Below, piece after piece: positions 14,581 through 28,229 of a stretch of 64,000 nucleotides of DNA. The DNA comes from the human T2T-CHM13v2.0 reference genome, Homo sapiens. The stretch lies in assembly GCF_009914755.1 (NCBI RefSeq), contig NC_060926.1; one strand, written 5' to 3'. The position numbers were made by a program, and so were the translations under genes. Position 1 is the first letter of the stretch. Each line of letters opens with the position of its first letter. The notes under the pieces are model-generated. The model saw only the letters and a list, made by a program, of their open reading frames with translations. It ran no database searches and had not been told where the DNA came from.

Positions 14581-15401
14581 GTAGTCTTTGTCATCCTTAT
14601 CATTTTGTCACTGTAACTGGAGGATGACTGTGAACTAAATAGGTAGATAAAATGAAGGGGGCTATGTTTCCAGAAGCATGTGCAAAGGCACTTAGGCATA
14701 GTGGTGAATTAGATGTGGATTACATAGGGTCATGCTTTGGAGCCATTTATCTGGCTTCGGAAATGCTTACTTGCTTGCTAGCTACCCAAAAGACATGCTG
14801 ACCTTTGAGGTTTTTTGCCCTTTGTTCATTGTTACTGTTCTGCTGAGATAACAAAATTCAGTGAAAACTTTCAGCTCAGTATTTCCAATAAAGATCTTTG
14901 ACCTTGGGTAGGATTTTTTTTGGTACATGACCCAAGACTTGCTCTGCTTGATTGTTAATCCATATTACTGTGCTGATTTAGCAAATCATTTTGTTTAGGC
15001 ACCAGCAAAGAGCCTTTATTAGATGGGTGTATGTATAAATCCTGCTTAATGACAGTGCATATGGTATGGCTGAATAATAAGACATCCAGTATTTATGTGG
15101 TTGCTTGTGTCAACAAAGAGCTAACATTTTCTCATTGCATGTCCTAAGATCTTAGAATCTGCTACCCAGACTTTAAAACAATGCAACATAATCTCCTGAA
15201 GTATGAAATATCTGGTGTCTTTTTAAACGTTGCTGGTTAAAAAAAAAATGACAGCATACAGTTGGAAAGATATACAGTTATCTACTACAGCAGTAGACCA
15301 GATGTCATGATGAGTTTTTGAACCATGTACTTGAGAAAGATATAATGCCACACATTCAATGGAAAATTATGTTATATAAAATTAGCTGTTTCATTGAGAA
15401 G

Positions 15402-15635
15402 ACATATAGTAATGTGGTTAAGAGCACAAATTTTGGAGTTAGACAACAAAGTTTCAATCTTAATTCTATGAATTGGAAGGTATAAGATCTGGGGCAGCAA
15501 CTCTCAGTATCCACATCCCAAAAATGGGGATGATAAATGTAAACCTCATGACGTTATCGTGAGGAAAAAATAAGACATTGCACATAAGGCCTTTAGGATA
15601 GAAGCTGGCACAAAGTGAGCCCTCACTGTTAGCTA
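15402..15635 (+). mobile_element. MIR SINE, near full length
   Basis: gtggttaagagcacaaattttggagttagac...aaaatggggatgataa...ctggcacaaagtgagccctca. Confidence 0.8.
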
Positions 15636-16004
15636 ATTTTCAGATTGAGGCAACATATAGGGGAATAGAGTGTAATCATATTACCATGATACATTTAAGA
15701 GAAGGCAGTAATTACAATTATTAAAGTTTACTTTGGAAGAATTCCCAAGAAAATAATGTTTGTTCAGCCCCAAAAGACTGGTATTTTCTGATACCAGTCT
15801 CTCTTTTTAGTTACTTCCTCAGCCTTAGCAAGAGAATCTTTTGTCGGCCTTTCTCTTTTTTATATGTTTTTATTCCCTTGTTTTCTTTAATCTTAAAAAC
15901 AGCCTTAGTAGCCAGTGTTTGCGAATTACAAAACAGAGAGGATATGTCATTATTTTTAAAGCAAAAACAAGTTTCTTTCCTGTAATATATAAAACTGCAT
16001 TCAG

Positions 16005-16301
16005 GGCCAGGAGCGGTGGCTCACACCTGTTATCCCAGCACTTTGGGAGGCCGAGGCAGGTGGATCATGAGGTCAAGAGTTCGAGACCAGACTGGCCAAC
16101 ATGGTGAAACCCCATCTCTACTAAGAATACAAAAATTAGATGGGCGTGGTGGTGCATGCCCATAATCCCAGCTACTCAGGAGGCTGAGGCAGGAGAATTG
16201 CTTGAACCTAGGAGGCGGAGGTTGCAGTAAGCCAAGGTTGCGCCACTGCGCGCCAGACTGGGTGACAGAGCAAGACCCTGTCTCGGAAAAAGAAAAAGAA
16301 A
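16005..16301 (+). mobile_element. Alu, full length (AluSg-like)
   Basis: ggccaggagcggtggctcacacctg...gatcatgaggtcaagagttcgagacc; TSD-like actgcattca / actgcgttca. Confidence 0.97.
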
Positions 16302-19099
16302 CACTGCGTTCAAATGTAGAAATTTAAGTTAGAACTTACACAAAACAATCCTCATACGTATATTTTGTCATTGACTACATGCATTTTATGTTTGGCTTCA
16401 ATTGAAACTTCTCATTCATCCCTGACTCTCAAATTCATGACTAATTTATCTCCAAGTAGCGAGATTACAGGCAGTTTTAACTTATTAGTTTTGGCTTACC
16501 GATGTTTTACAACTTTTTTCAATAGCCATATGTTACCTTTATAAGAAGAAAAAGCACAAAGAAGGTGAATTTTATAAACCTGTCCTTTTTAAATTTCCTA
16601 AAATCCTATTTGGAAGTGAACTTTTCTCACTTCAGCTCCTGGAATAAGCTCTTTGTATAGATTTTTAAATTTTTCTCATTCTACAATACGTAGAACTATT
16701 GCCATTTGTAAACAGATTTTTAGCTCCTTCAGGAAAAAAAGTGTCCAATGCAAATTGATTTTTGAATGTCTCACAATAACTTATAGAGAGTGCTTCTCAA
16801 AAAGTACTATAACGTAAAGTAAAATGAACCTAGAATTAGAATTATTGGCTCTGCGTTATCCAAAGGCTTCAAATTACCCTTCAATATACATGTCTTTGGA
16901 TATTCGTTCAACCTCTTCATCTCCCTAATTTTCTTAATAGACATCCCACCTCTCTCCTACTTTTTCTAGATTGCTTTCTAATTTTTTTCTAAGCCTCTTA
17001 ATACTTAAAAAGAAGCAAATTTAATTTAAATAATTGCTTATACCAGTAAAATAAGAATGTACAATCTACCTTCCCCAATGTTTTCCTGTATTCATCCATT
17101 CCTTCAAATTCCAGAACAAGTCCTCATCTACTTTTCCCACTTAAAGTGCTTTGAAAGGATGATGTGTCATATGCCATATATTATTAATTTATCTTCTTGG
17201 AATGTAATTTTACCAAGAGAAAACATCATTTATTTACATATAATCTGAGTAGATACAATAAAAATTTACATCCTATCAGTATGAAACACAAATACTGAAT
17301 AAGTACATTTTACTAAGAAGCATATTACAAGATATTTTTATATTATTTTAAAGCTTCTGTGCTAGAAATAGGAAATAAGTTATTATGGTCTGCAACCTTA
17401 GTAACTCTGTGCAAAGATTATATAAATATTACATTGATGTGTATTTCTTGTTAATAAGGGTGTAGTTGGACACTGTAGCTAATAATTGTGATAATTGAAA
17501 TAAAATAATTGTGATAAATGAAATAAAAATAAATGTATATATAACACATATTAATAGAACTTTTTAGTTTGTTTGCTTTTTTTTAATGTATTTTACAATA
17601 GTCCAAGGTTATTCATTAAACATTTAAAAAAGAGCTTCTTCAAGCCCTCTATTTCTAAAACTTATCAGGGAACGTTGTTATTATGAACTAGATTTAGCTC
17701 TTGATTCACCATTATAGAAATTAATAAATGCCATCCAAGGTTACACCAAAACTCTCATTCAGTTAAATGAATTTTTTTACTGACCTCTTTATTAGGAGTT
17801 TTTATCAATAGCCCCCAATCAGCAAAATTAAAACTTACTGGTCGAACAATTTTGGCAAAATGACAAAGCAAAGAGTCTGTATTACCTTCCTTGGAATATA
17901 TTCAAACCTAAACTGGACCATTCTTATAATTGGCTACATAGCATGCAAATGTGTGGAAAGGAGTGGCTTTTACATTAAAGCAACTCTTGCACCCCACATT
18001 GGCTCTCCAAATTTGGCCCTATGAAAAATACTAAAGTGAAAATGACAGTCCTGCGGAAGACACCAGTTATTTTATCTGTGGATTGATGGATCATAATGCT
18101 CTCATTTAATAAAAATAATAAACACCCCATTATTTTCCACAGCCAATTTGGTGTTCAGGAATATTCCTCAGTTTCTTTTTATTATGGAATTTGTGCATTG
18201 TAAATAGTTAACAACTACTTAAAATTAAGATGCCTCTACCCCCTAAATAGCCTATTATTTGACTGTTAGCACCAACTGGGGTTCCAGTGTATTTTGTAAT
18301 AATTGTGAGAATAATCACAGTGTGATATTTAATACAAAATCTTTTTTAAATGCAAAGTCTTTCTTTTTTTATATGAATATCAGTAATTCATTAGAAACCT
18401 ATTATGCCAGGATAGCTATGTTCCTATCATTTGTTTCTTTCAGAGAAATGCAGTATCATTGGTATCAAGGAAACTAATTAGACTCAAGGACAAAATTATT
18501 TTTTATTTCTCCAAATTGTACTTAAAAGCTATATTGGTGTCATGAGATTATTTCTAGTGAAAAATGTCAATTACTTCCTTCCCAAGCGTTTTAATTTTTG
18601 GAACTCAAAGGTCTAGTACTCCAGCACCACTGAGTGACACAATAATGAACTCTCATTGTGAGTATTAAAACAGAGCAATTTTGTATGAATCTACTATAGC
18701 TTGGTAATATGCTTAAAACAAATCATAGACTCCAAATTTCATTTTAAGTAATAGTAAAATTATAGTAGATATGACCATAAAGAGAATTAAAGGTTATCTA
18801 TTTGGACTAATTACCAGCTACATGAGATTCTTCCACAGCTTACCTAGTATCTGGTGCATATCCTTGCTTTAGCACTGCTAGTGATAGGAGGCTCACAGCC
18901 TCATAACATAGCAAATGTATGATTATTATTTATAGAAGTTTCTAAATTCCCTTTGTATTAAAAAAATGTTCTTGAGAAAATTCAGGTAGTTAATTGGCTT
19001 GGCGGAAAAATGTATGGTGGGATTATGAAGAAAATGTGGTCTAGGATTCCTAATGTGTATTAAACCAATAAAAAAAATTCTACTGGGATTATTGGGGAG

Positions 19100-19540
19100 C
19101 ATCACTATTTGGAAAAAAATAAGAAAGCTTCTGTTTCCATGGCACCATCTCTTAAAAGAACACTGATATGTTGGAACATATAAGAATACTTGGATAATAA
19201 GGGGATTCAAAAACTACGTTATATGAGAAACATTGAAAGAAGACCAGAGTAAGTTAAGTATGTAGAAGAAACAATATGGAGAGGTAGTGGGAGAAGGGGA
19301 AAGAGGAAAGGGATGATAACTTTCCTTGGAAAGTGTCAGGCTTTTCCTGTCTAGTGCTAGATTCTAGTGTCAATGAATGCACTTTATAGGATGAGGACAC
19401 TTAATGTAGACTAATTCCCAAAGACAATGGCTGTCTACTTTCCAGTGGAGACTGCTGCCTATAACTGATAACATCCAAGCTCATGCAGAATAAGAGATAA
19501 GGAAGAGGGCGTTTTCTAAGATCAATTTCAATTTTAAGAA
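19100..19540 (+). mobile_element. L3/CR1 LINE fragment (very old)
   Basis: ggcaccatctcttaaaagaacactgatatgttggaac...aaaactacgttatatgagaaacattgaaagaag resembles the L3 ORF2 3' region. Confidence 0.5.
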
Positions 19541-19920
19541 ACATAATGTTGGTTTATAAGTGGTCAAGTTGCAAGCAAAGGGTTATGAATAAAACCTTGA
19601 GACTGGCTGCTTTTGTGAGAAATTAAGTATTAAAATATCAGTATCAAAGGCAAGAGGTGTGCAGAAGGAAAGGAAATAAAGAGAATAGTCTCCTGGGTAT
19701 CTTCATGAACTCTCTTTTAAATATACAGGAATAGTTAGCCACATGTGCATACTGGACAAATTATCCCAAATTTTTTCTCGGTCAACAGGCAAACATCTGC
19801 ATAAACAGGACAGTATAGTTGAGGAAACATTCATGCTGCTATTTTAACATTGCTTCACCATGTTGATTTTGGAGCAGGTTACTATGTTTACCTTTAAAAA
19901 ACTATCTTTAAAAACAATTG

Positions 19921-20716
19921 TGTATATTACATATATAATATATAATTTTATATATAACATATAGATATATATCATATAGAATATATATTATATAGATCTA
20001 TATTTTTATATATCTATATAATATATATAAAATATATAATATATTATATATGTTTATATTATATATAAATATATAGAAATATATATTATAGATCTATATT
20101 AATAGATATAGGTATATAATATATCTATATTAATATAGTTATATAATATATCTATAATAATATAGTTATATAATATATCTATATTAATATAGTTATATAA
20201 TATATCTATATTAATATAGTTATATATCTATATTAATAGATATAGATTATATATCTACATTAATAGACATAGATATAGATTATATATATCTATATTAATA
20301 GACAAGATATAGATTATATATCTATATTAATAGACATAGATATAGATTATATATCTATATGAATAGACATATAGATTATATATATCTATATTAACAGACA
20401 AGATATAGATTATATATCTATATGAATAGACATAGATATAGATTATATATATCTATATGAATAGACCTAGATATGGGTTATATATATCTATAGGAATAGA
20501 CCTAGATATAGATTATATATATCTATAGGAATAGACCTAGATATAGATTATATGTATCTATAGGAATAGACATAGATATAGATTATATATATCTATAGGA
20601 ATAGACATAGATATAGATTATATGTATCTATAGAAATAGACATAGATATAGATTATATATCTATAGGAATAGATATACATTATATATCTATAGGAATAGA
20701 TATAGATACATATATC
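19921..20716. repeat. AT-rich minisatellite (27-bp units, then 33-35-bp units)
   Basis: Units tatatctatattaatatagttatataa and atagacatagatatagattatatatatctatagga read directly. Confidence 0.95.
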
Positions 20717-21077
20717 TGCATATAACACTTCTGTAAAAAGTAAGAAACTGTTAACAATTGTTTTCTTGAAGAATGAAATGCAGGATTAGAGAGTACATTT
20801 TTACTATAACTTTATACCACTCATATATGAAAGGAAAGACATACTTGGATTAAGACAAATAATGTGGATAATAGCAGGAACACTGTAAATCAAAGAAATC
20901 TCAAAATACCTTACTTATGGATTTTACATTTTTTAATGATATGTTTCTATGACCTATAATCTTTCTAAGAAGCCAATATGTATAAATATTCTCACATATA
21001 CCTACCTAGATTTAATTTAGTTCAAAAAATGACTGCCTTGAATAGTCTTTTGTTCCTTTAAAATTAGTGGTCTACAT

Positions 21078-21265
21078 TAGTGCTAACAAATTGTGGTCCA
21101 CAGACCTGCAGCACCTGCATCACTGTGCTTGTTAGGAATGCAAATTCTTGAGTCCCTCCCAAATTACTGAATCAGAATCTTTAGGGGTAAGACCAAAGAC
21201 TCTGTGGTGTATCAAGTTCTTCAGGTGATGTTAATGCACAGAAGAGCTTCGTTCTTGGGAACTGC
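21078..21265 (+). mobile_element. MER5A-like hAT-Charlie fossil
   Basis: tgtggtccacagacctgcagcacctgcatcact...aatgcaaattctt...tactgaatcagaatct...caggtgatgttaatgcaca. Confidence 0.85.
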
Positions 21266-21274
21266 GTAACCTAA

Positions 21275-21293
21275 TAGCACCATCTGTTGGTAG
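21275..21293 (-). promoter_or_regulatory. Candidate CTCF motif
   Basis: Minus strand CTACCAACAGATGGTGCTA compared with the CTCF core CCASYAGRKGGCRCTA. Confidence 0.5.
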
Positions 21294-23039
21294 TGACTGT
21301 CCCAGAATGAAGACATAAAGTCCCAAAGGGGAAGATGCCCAGACGTTCAACTTCCACTAGCTGTGATGCACTCTATGAAGGACTGGAAATGGACAGAATG
21401 CCTGATGTAGAGATATACACATACAGATGCACACATTTTCTCTGCTAAAGGAAATATATGTAAACAAATAAACAAACACCACTACAAATTTCTTCTTAAG
21501 TACAAACAAGGAGCTGGTGAGGCACAGAAACTGTAGCAATCAGATTGATCAGAGGAAGTCATGAAATGCTCAGAAGGAGTGGTGACATTGAAACCAAGTA
21601 CTGTCAAATTACTTAGCCACAATTATATGTGTAACTAAGTAAATAAAAATAAAACAATTTTTAAAATCTAACCAATATTTACTGAGCTCTTACTATGTAC
21701 CAAGCACTGTTTCTGAGGTCCTGTCTCTGAGACTAAAGATTCAAGTCCTGGACAAAGCAGAGTGGCAGGCACACAGCAGGCATGCAATCAATCTCTGGTT
21801 AAATAAATGAGTAAACATGAAAATACTATACGTTTGGCTAAATTCTTCATAAAAGAAGATTTTTAAAATGTCATCTTGCCTAAAATTTCTGCAGTGAAAA
21901 GGAACAAGCTCGTCATTATCTGAATTATTTGTGTTTTTTGAAAAATTGCCTTCATGCTTTGTAAAATTTTGAATAAATGTTAAAAACCCTTATTACAACC
22001 TCCTACACAGCTTTCTAGTAAGCCACGTTGATGAGGTACCTGGTGAGTGTACAGCACTGTATTTTATATATATTCTACATCTTTATACAGATTAAAAGAG
22101 TCTTTGAAAAGGTATTCAGCATTCCAAATCACAGGCACTTTCAAAAGCACTTTCTATACCAGGATACTAACGTGAGGAAAAGGGTAAGTAAGCCAGTTTT
22201 AAATCTTTTATTTCTGCAGGGTTTTGTTTTGTTTTGTTTTGTTTTGTTTAAAGTGAAGACTTTCCGTTTTCTGTTTGTTTATGGCCGCTACACACATTCT
22301 AGAGTTTTATAGCCTAATCCATGTATTTATCTAAACTAATGTTTATCATAATAATCATGATGGGTGATGACCCGTGAGCCTGCATAATCTCAATGTTTTC
22401 CTGTTATCCATTAATATTAAATCTTGTGGTTCACTAGGGACTACCACAAATAGGTTTATGTGTTCACTGCCAGGGTCACATTAGGTAAAAATGGAGACAA
22501 TTAGCTGTACTTCCTTGTAAGAATGTACTGGCATTGAAGCACTGACACTGAACTATTTGCCAGAAACTACCCAAGGAGAAGCACAAAACTAATTCATAGG
22601 AATGCCAGTTTGGCAAGTGTCTTTTGTGAAATCACTCATTTTCCAGGCAGAATTTAGAAACAGAGCTTCCACTGTTAGTGAAATTTAATCACTGTCAATG
22701 TCCTGATTGTTGGGATTTGAAAAATAGGGAATCCCTCCAAAAGTGGTACATTCACCATCTGCATGATACTGAATAAATCTTCATAGAGACTTGGTTACAT
22801 CTTCACAAATTCCAGACATTATCTAAGTGATTTGATTGGGGGTACTTATTAACAGCTGTATGTAAAATCTACTAGGAACTCCTTTATTAGATACAAATAG
22901 ATCCTTATATATTTATTAAACAAATATCACTTCCAAGAAAACTTCTAGAGGTTAGTATGGGTTAAGAACATGAGAGTTTAAATCAGGTAAAAGTAGGATC
23001 AGTTTTCAGTTCTGTACTTTCTTGGCTGAATATACGGAG

Positions 23040-23240
23040 GCTCATTTCTACCCAACAGTTGAAAATATTGAACAGGTGTCAGGAAGTAATCAATAGTATC
23101 TCTGTTTTAGAGATAAGAAAAGGCTGAGAGAAGTTAAGTAATTTGCTCCAGGTCCCATAGCAAGTAAGCCAGAAAAGTTCTAAGCTTCAGATCTACTCTA
23201 TACAACTCCTACATATTTCTTCTTATAATATCACTCCTTT
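23040..23240 (-). mobile_element. MIR SINE (a + strand MIR 5' fragment precedes it at ~22950-23035)
   Basis: tgttttagagataagaaaaggctgagagaagttaagtaatttgctccaggtcccatagc. Confidence 0.75.
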
Positions 23241-23734
23241 CTCTGTTTTCTTCCATTCCTCTTCCCAGAGGATTGGATGTAAATAATATTTACATTGATA
23301 GTCACTCTATTCTCTGCTGATGTTGCTGAACAAAAAGCATAGTTTAAATATAATTTAAATAATAGTAAATACACACGGTAAAAGGGGAATATGTAGAGAA
23401 AGTTTCATAGACTTACTGATTCCTGTACAGTAGAGAGGTTTTATTCTGTTCTCAACAAAATGTCTGAAATGGCTAAAAACAAGCAAAACAAACAAAAAAA
23501 CTCTACCACAAAGACACACAGGAAACAAACAAACAACAACGAAACGAAGAGAGTGCACAGAAAGAAAAGTAAGCAAATAATTAATTCTTGACTAACAGTC
23601 CATATTTTATGGAGATAATGCAAGAAAGAAAATAAACCACCATTTCAGTGTGGCATGGATTACCATAGTAACATACTGGGAAAACCTTGGGTGGTGAAAT
23701 GCAAGAATTTTTTCTTAAGTGCATGTGAATAACC

Positions 23735-24200
23735 GCAGAGAGAAACTACACTTCCCTATCTTCTTGGCAGCTGCATGTGGCAATATGTCTAAGTTCTCAT
23801 GAATGGGATGTGAGTAAAGGTGATTCACACAACTACCACATCCGTTCCTGAAAAGAAGATCCATGTCCTTCACTGCCTTTCTCATTCATTCATGGGCTGG
23901 AACACTGATGTGGTGCACAGCAGATCCAGACATCCTTAGAAATAGTGAGCCACGAGAAAGAAGAAACCTGGAGAAACCTTGTGGAATAAACCTTCCTATT
24001 CCCGCAGAGGGCCACCCTGCCTCTAGACTCTAGACTAAGAGTGTATAACACATTTTTATTTTGTTTGAGTCACTGAATTTTTGGATCTTATTATGGTAGC
24101 TGTGTCTATACCATAACTAATATGTAAATAGGGACCTACATGTGGGTACCATAACCAAAACTTAGCAGTTGGGCTGTGGGCAGTGAGGAAACAGATGGTC
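23735..24200 (+). mobile_element. Old MaLR LTR (MLT1I/J-like) plus the start of internal sequence
   Basis: actacacttccc...gcagctgcatgtggcaatatgtctaagttctcatgaatgggatgtgag...ttgtttgagtcactg...taactaata. Confidence 0.7.
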
Positions 24201-26144
24201 TTTATTCAGCCACAGCCACCTACACAGTTGTTTTTGGCCAGAATACACTTGCTCTAAAAAATGCTCTCTGCCCATGGCCTGCAACCTAAATTACCCAGGA
24301 ATCTGGAAATTTGAGGCTTTGCAGGTCTGCAATGATAACTGCAATCTCAGGGGCAATTAATGACTTGTTGCTCATGGAAACTCCTCACTTTCCTGAGTCA
24401 ATTGCTCTTTGGAATTGAAGTGGTTGATTTCTAATCAGCATTCTATTAGGTACTTAGTCTTTAGAGTACTTTTAAAGGTGAGCAATAGATGTGAACTAGT
24501 AGGTCACCAAGGAGACACCTAAACTTAGGGTGTTAATTTACTTTGCCAGAAACCTATGCTGGAGTAAAGTTATGTTAGGAAAGGCTGCTGGTGGGCATCT
24601 CCTCATCATTCGTCAGGCCTTATGAGAAAAAAGAGGTAGATATTTTTTTTCCCTTGGCAAGTTAAAAGAGATCAGCTACACAGTACCTAAAGAGTTCCTA
24701 ATTGGAGTATCATGACCCTAGAAAATCAAATCACATTCAGTACCTTCTCTCTTCTTCACATAAAATGGGATTCTCTATACATTCTTAACAACAATAACAA
24801 ATTCATAGCAAAATTATGACTATGTCTTGGGTAGCCCTGCAGAGCATATTAATATACAGTTTAAATTAACCTTGAGTTTTTAAGTCCAAGATACTTTGTC
24901 CTGTTGTATCATGACTCAACAGCCAAAATTAAAGCATGGATATAACAGTAATACAAGTAAGAAGTAATTCAGCTAAGATCAATCTTAGCTGTAGACTATG
25001 TTTACGCACTAATGGATTCTGGCAATCTCTAATCAGTATCTTCAAGACCTAAGTAGGTCAACAGCCTGAAAAATAGGAAATCATCTTCAGCGTAAGATCA
25101 CAATAACAAAAATCAATATGCTGCTCAGTTGTTATATTTTAAAACAGCGCTATGAATCTATTCAAGGCCACAAGGAATAAAAATATCAAGAACTGATAAA
25201 TAGAGGTACCTCATTTTTGTCCCAAGTCTACAGACCAGAGTATCTTTTTGTCAATAGTCTTGCTCCTAACTTTAGCCTTAGGTTATTAATATTATCTAGT
25301 ATTGGTTTTAAGAAACTCAAGAAAAAACGATTGCTAAAATTTTAATGTAAAATTTTAAATTGTTTTGGTACACTATTTTGATGCATCATAATTAAATATT
25401 AATACTTGAAGTTTGGCCATTTTTTTAAAGATTTAAAAATATTATTCTCCATCACTATTATGTTTCTTTCATTTCTTAAATTTAAAATTTTTTACTTGTT
25501 TTAGGAATGGTGAATATTTTTCCAGAAATTTGTTAAATGATTATTCTCAGAGAAAAATACTAGTTCTATCAAAGGTCTATGATTGATTTCTGTCAGCAGT
25601 GCAACTGACAACTTCCTTATTATTTAGTTCGGTGGTGAATAAGAATACTAACCATATGCCCATGATCACAATTGAGAGAACATATCTAAGCCAAATGAAA
25701 TTGATGCTGATAAAATGAGGTGTCACTTTATATCAGATTAGATTATGTCTGTTCTTGTTATCACATCCCATTAAAAATGATATCATTCATCCAATTAGAT
25801 GTATCATTATTTTTAAGAAGTGCTTTCTTTATGGTTAAAAGTCAGTATTAATTTGGGTAGTAGATATCTGTTGTAATTTTAAGAAATGGGTATGCATTGG
25901 TGTGATAAAGTAAATTTGTTTTAAATAGGGAATAGTTTTATCATTGCCAGCACCATGCATTGAATATTGTAGGTGCATGGTAAATGACAGCTTTTATTGA
26001 TCATGAGAATGAAAAAGTAATTGAAAATTGAGGCACAATTGGCCTAAACTGCATTCTAGAAATCTGTGATAAATTCATTTGAAAAATACATTTTCCTACT
26101 TACCTATATAATATTGTATAATATAAATAATTGTTTTTAGTCTT

Positions 26145-26335
26145 ACAGAATTTAGGATATTGTAAAATTTGTAAAGTTCGAGGTAGAAACAAATCGTTTC
26201 ATCCAAGTTCCTTATTTTGCATCCAAAAAAACAGAAACTCTGAGAATTTAAATGGATTTTCCATGATCCAAAACCTTGAACTGTACCCTTAACTTCAGAC
26301 TAAGGCTAAGTTCTTCTGGTTATACCACCTGCCTT
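26145..26335 (-). mobile_element. MIR/MIR3 fragment
   Basis: catccaagttccttattttgcatcc...gaaactctgagaatttaaatggattttccatgatc. Confidence 0.5.
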
Positions 26336-28229
26336 CTTAATTGCTTTGGGCTTTGTGCTTACTCTTTTGACCCCTGAGACATGCAAAAAGAAAAGAAAAT
26401 GGTTAAGAAAAATAACAGAAGCTGCATGCACTATCTAAAACCATTCACGATATACTAAATTAGCTACCTAACTATTCCATCCACTTTAAGATATTTAATG
26501 CATCCAGCATTATAGTGCACTTATGTCAAAGGAACATTAACTTCATTCTCCTTTCCCCAAGGCAACCTGAATAGGAAAGAAACAAAAGTATACTGGGAAG
26601 AGGGTGTGATACTTTTTAAAAGCAATCTTATCTCTGCATTAGTACTTAAATAGCTAAACCGCTGGATTGCTTTTCCAATTTACTAGGCTTGTAGGTTTTT
26701 TACAACTCTCATGGAGAGTATATATCCTGTAGACGTTGCATTTTATTCAACTTTTCCAAAGGGAATTTATGTAATAATTCAACTGATCCTTTCTCTGGCT
26801 CACTTAGCTAGTTGGATCAGTGGATTACAGGGAATTTAGGCCTAAGTCTAGATGAAATTCTGAAATTCTGTTTATGTTTTAGCACACTGATGATAAATTA
26901 TTCTCTAGGGAGAAAGGAAAGGAGAAAAATTTTTGTAGCAGAGGCAATCAATACAAATTTGATAAATTGTGGACATTAAAGAAATTATATGTTCTTTAAA
27001 AATAAAGTACTTTTTTTTAGGAGGTTTTATAGAAAACTCCAACTAGTTTCAGGTCAGAAGATTTAGTAATAATCAAGCATAATTAAGTATACTTAGTAGA
27101 TCTGAATATGAGAGAGGAAATTGTGTCAGGAAATATAACCTCTATTTTCCCCATAATCATTAACTGCTGGATTACAGCAAGGTCTTTGTAGTACTCGTGG
27201 AACATGCAAGATTCCTATTTACTTTTCTTTCTACTATTGATAAATATGCTACTTATAACTAAGACTCCCAGAAAAAGGTGGGCATTTGCAATGCAGATTG
27301 AGTAATCAAACTATGAATTAACTAGTCTACCTTGTGGGTTTTAAGCAGGGTAGAACTTGGTTAAAGATTATGAGCTTTTTGAAATGAGGGAAATTATATT
27401 TTAAAATATTCCTAACACCACAATGCATAGCAGAAAATAAAGGTTAAATGTAATTCTTACTGGATGATATCACAGGATTATTTACTATGATATAGGTTTA
27501 GATATGCTATATGCCATTATGTTCCTAAAATGAAACTCCATATAAAATAAAATCTACTAACATTGAAATTAAATATTCCAGAACTTAAGCCAACTTCTAT
27601 AAATCCTAAACATTTTCTCCAATAGATTAATATTACAGAGAAAGGTCTGGGCCTATTTTATCTCTATTTGTTGGTTTATCTGTGTTCAAAATAAATTTAA
27701 AAGTTAAACAGGAAACTAGGACAACTAATGCCTCAGGGCTAGAAGACAGCAAAGATGGGAATCTTGGAAATTTAAACATCCTGTCTCTGTGAATATCCCC
27801 ATTTATTACCTTTCTGCATTACCAATTTCACCTCTTTACAATGACCTGGCCATTTTCATTTCCCACAACATGTGCACTAAATTCTTTCAGAAAGGCTAAA
27901 TGTCTTTGTTTAAACATGACATAGCCTAGTCTAAGATTGAAATCAGAGATTGTCAATTTTCTTCACTTTTCACAAATCTTCCTCTCCTTCTAATCTGTAA
28001 TTAAAGTGATAATGGTTACATGTTATAGTACAAAGACAACCTCTTTCTACTATACTCTAATATAAAGACAAAATGTGTTTGTCTTATCTAGAATTTTAGG
28101 CAAAAAAATAAGTGAATTCTTCACAATCTATATACTGTAAGTCTTAACATTACCACGATAGCTTATTTTTAAAAAATATTTTATTATTTCCAGAACAGAT
28201 TGCCAATAGAAGTTAACCATCTCCTATGT

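Noticed and set aside
17481-17530. Two-copy 23-bp tandem duplication (aataattgtgataattgaaataa)
   Set aside because: An ordinary slippage duplication in AT-rich DNA
19921-20716. Regularly spaced 33-35-bp repeats resembling a CRISPR array
   Set aside because: The units are directly tandem with no unique spacers and no cas genes; this is a eukaryotic minisatellite
24970-24991. Perfect 10-bp inverted repeat CAGCTAAGAT-CA-ATCTTAGCTG
   Set aside because: A stem of this length is plausible by chance in 64 kb of AT-rich DNA, and there is no supporting context
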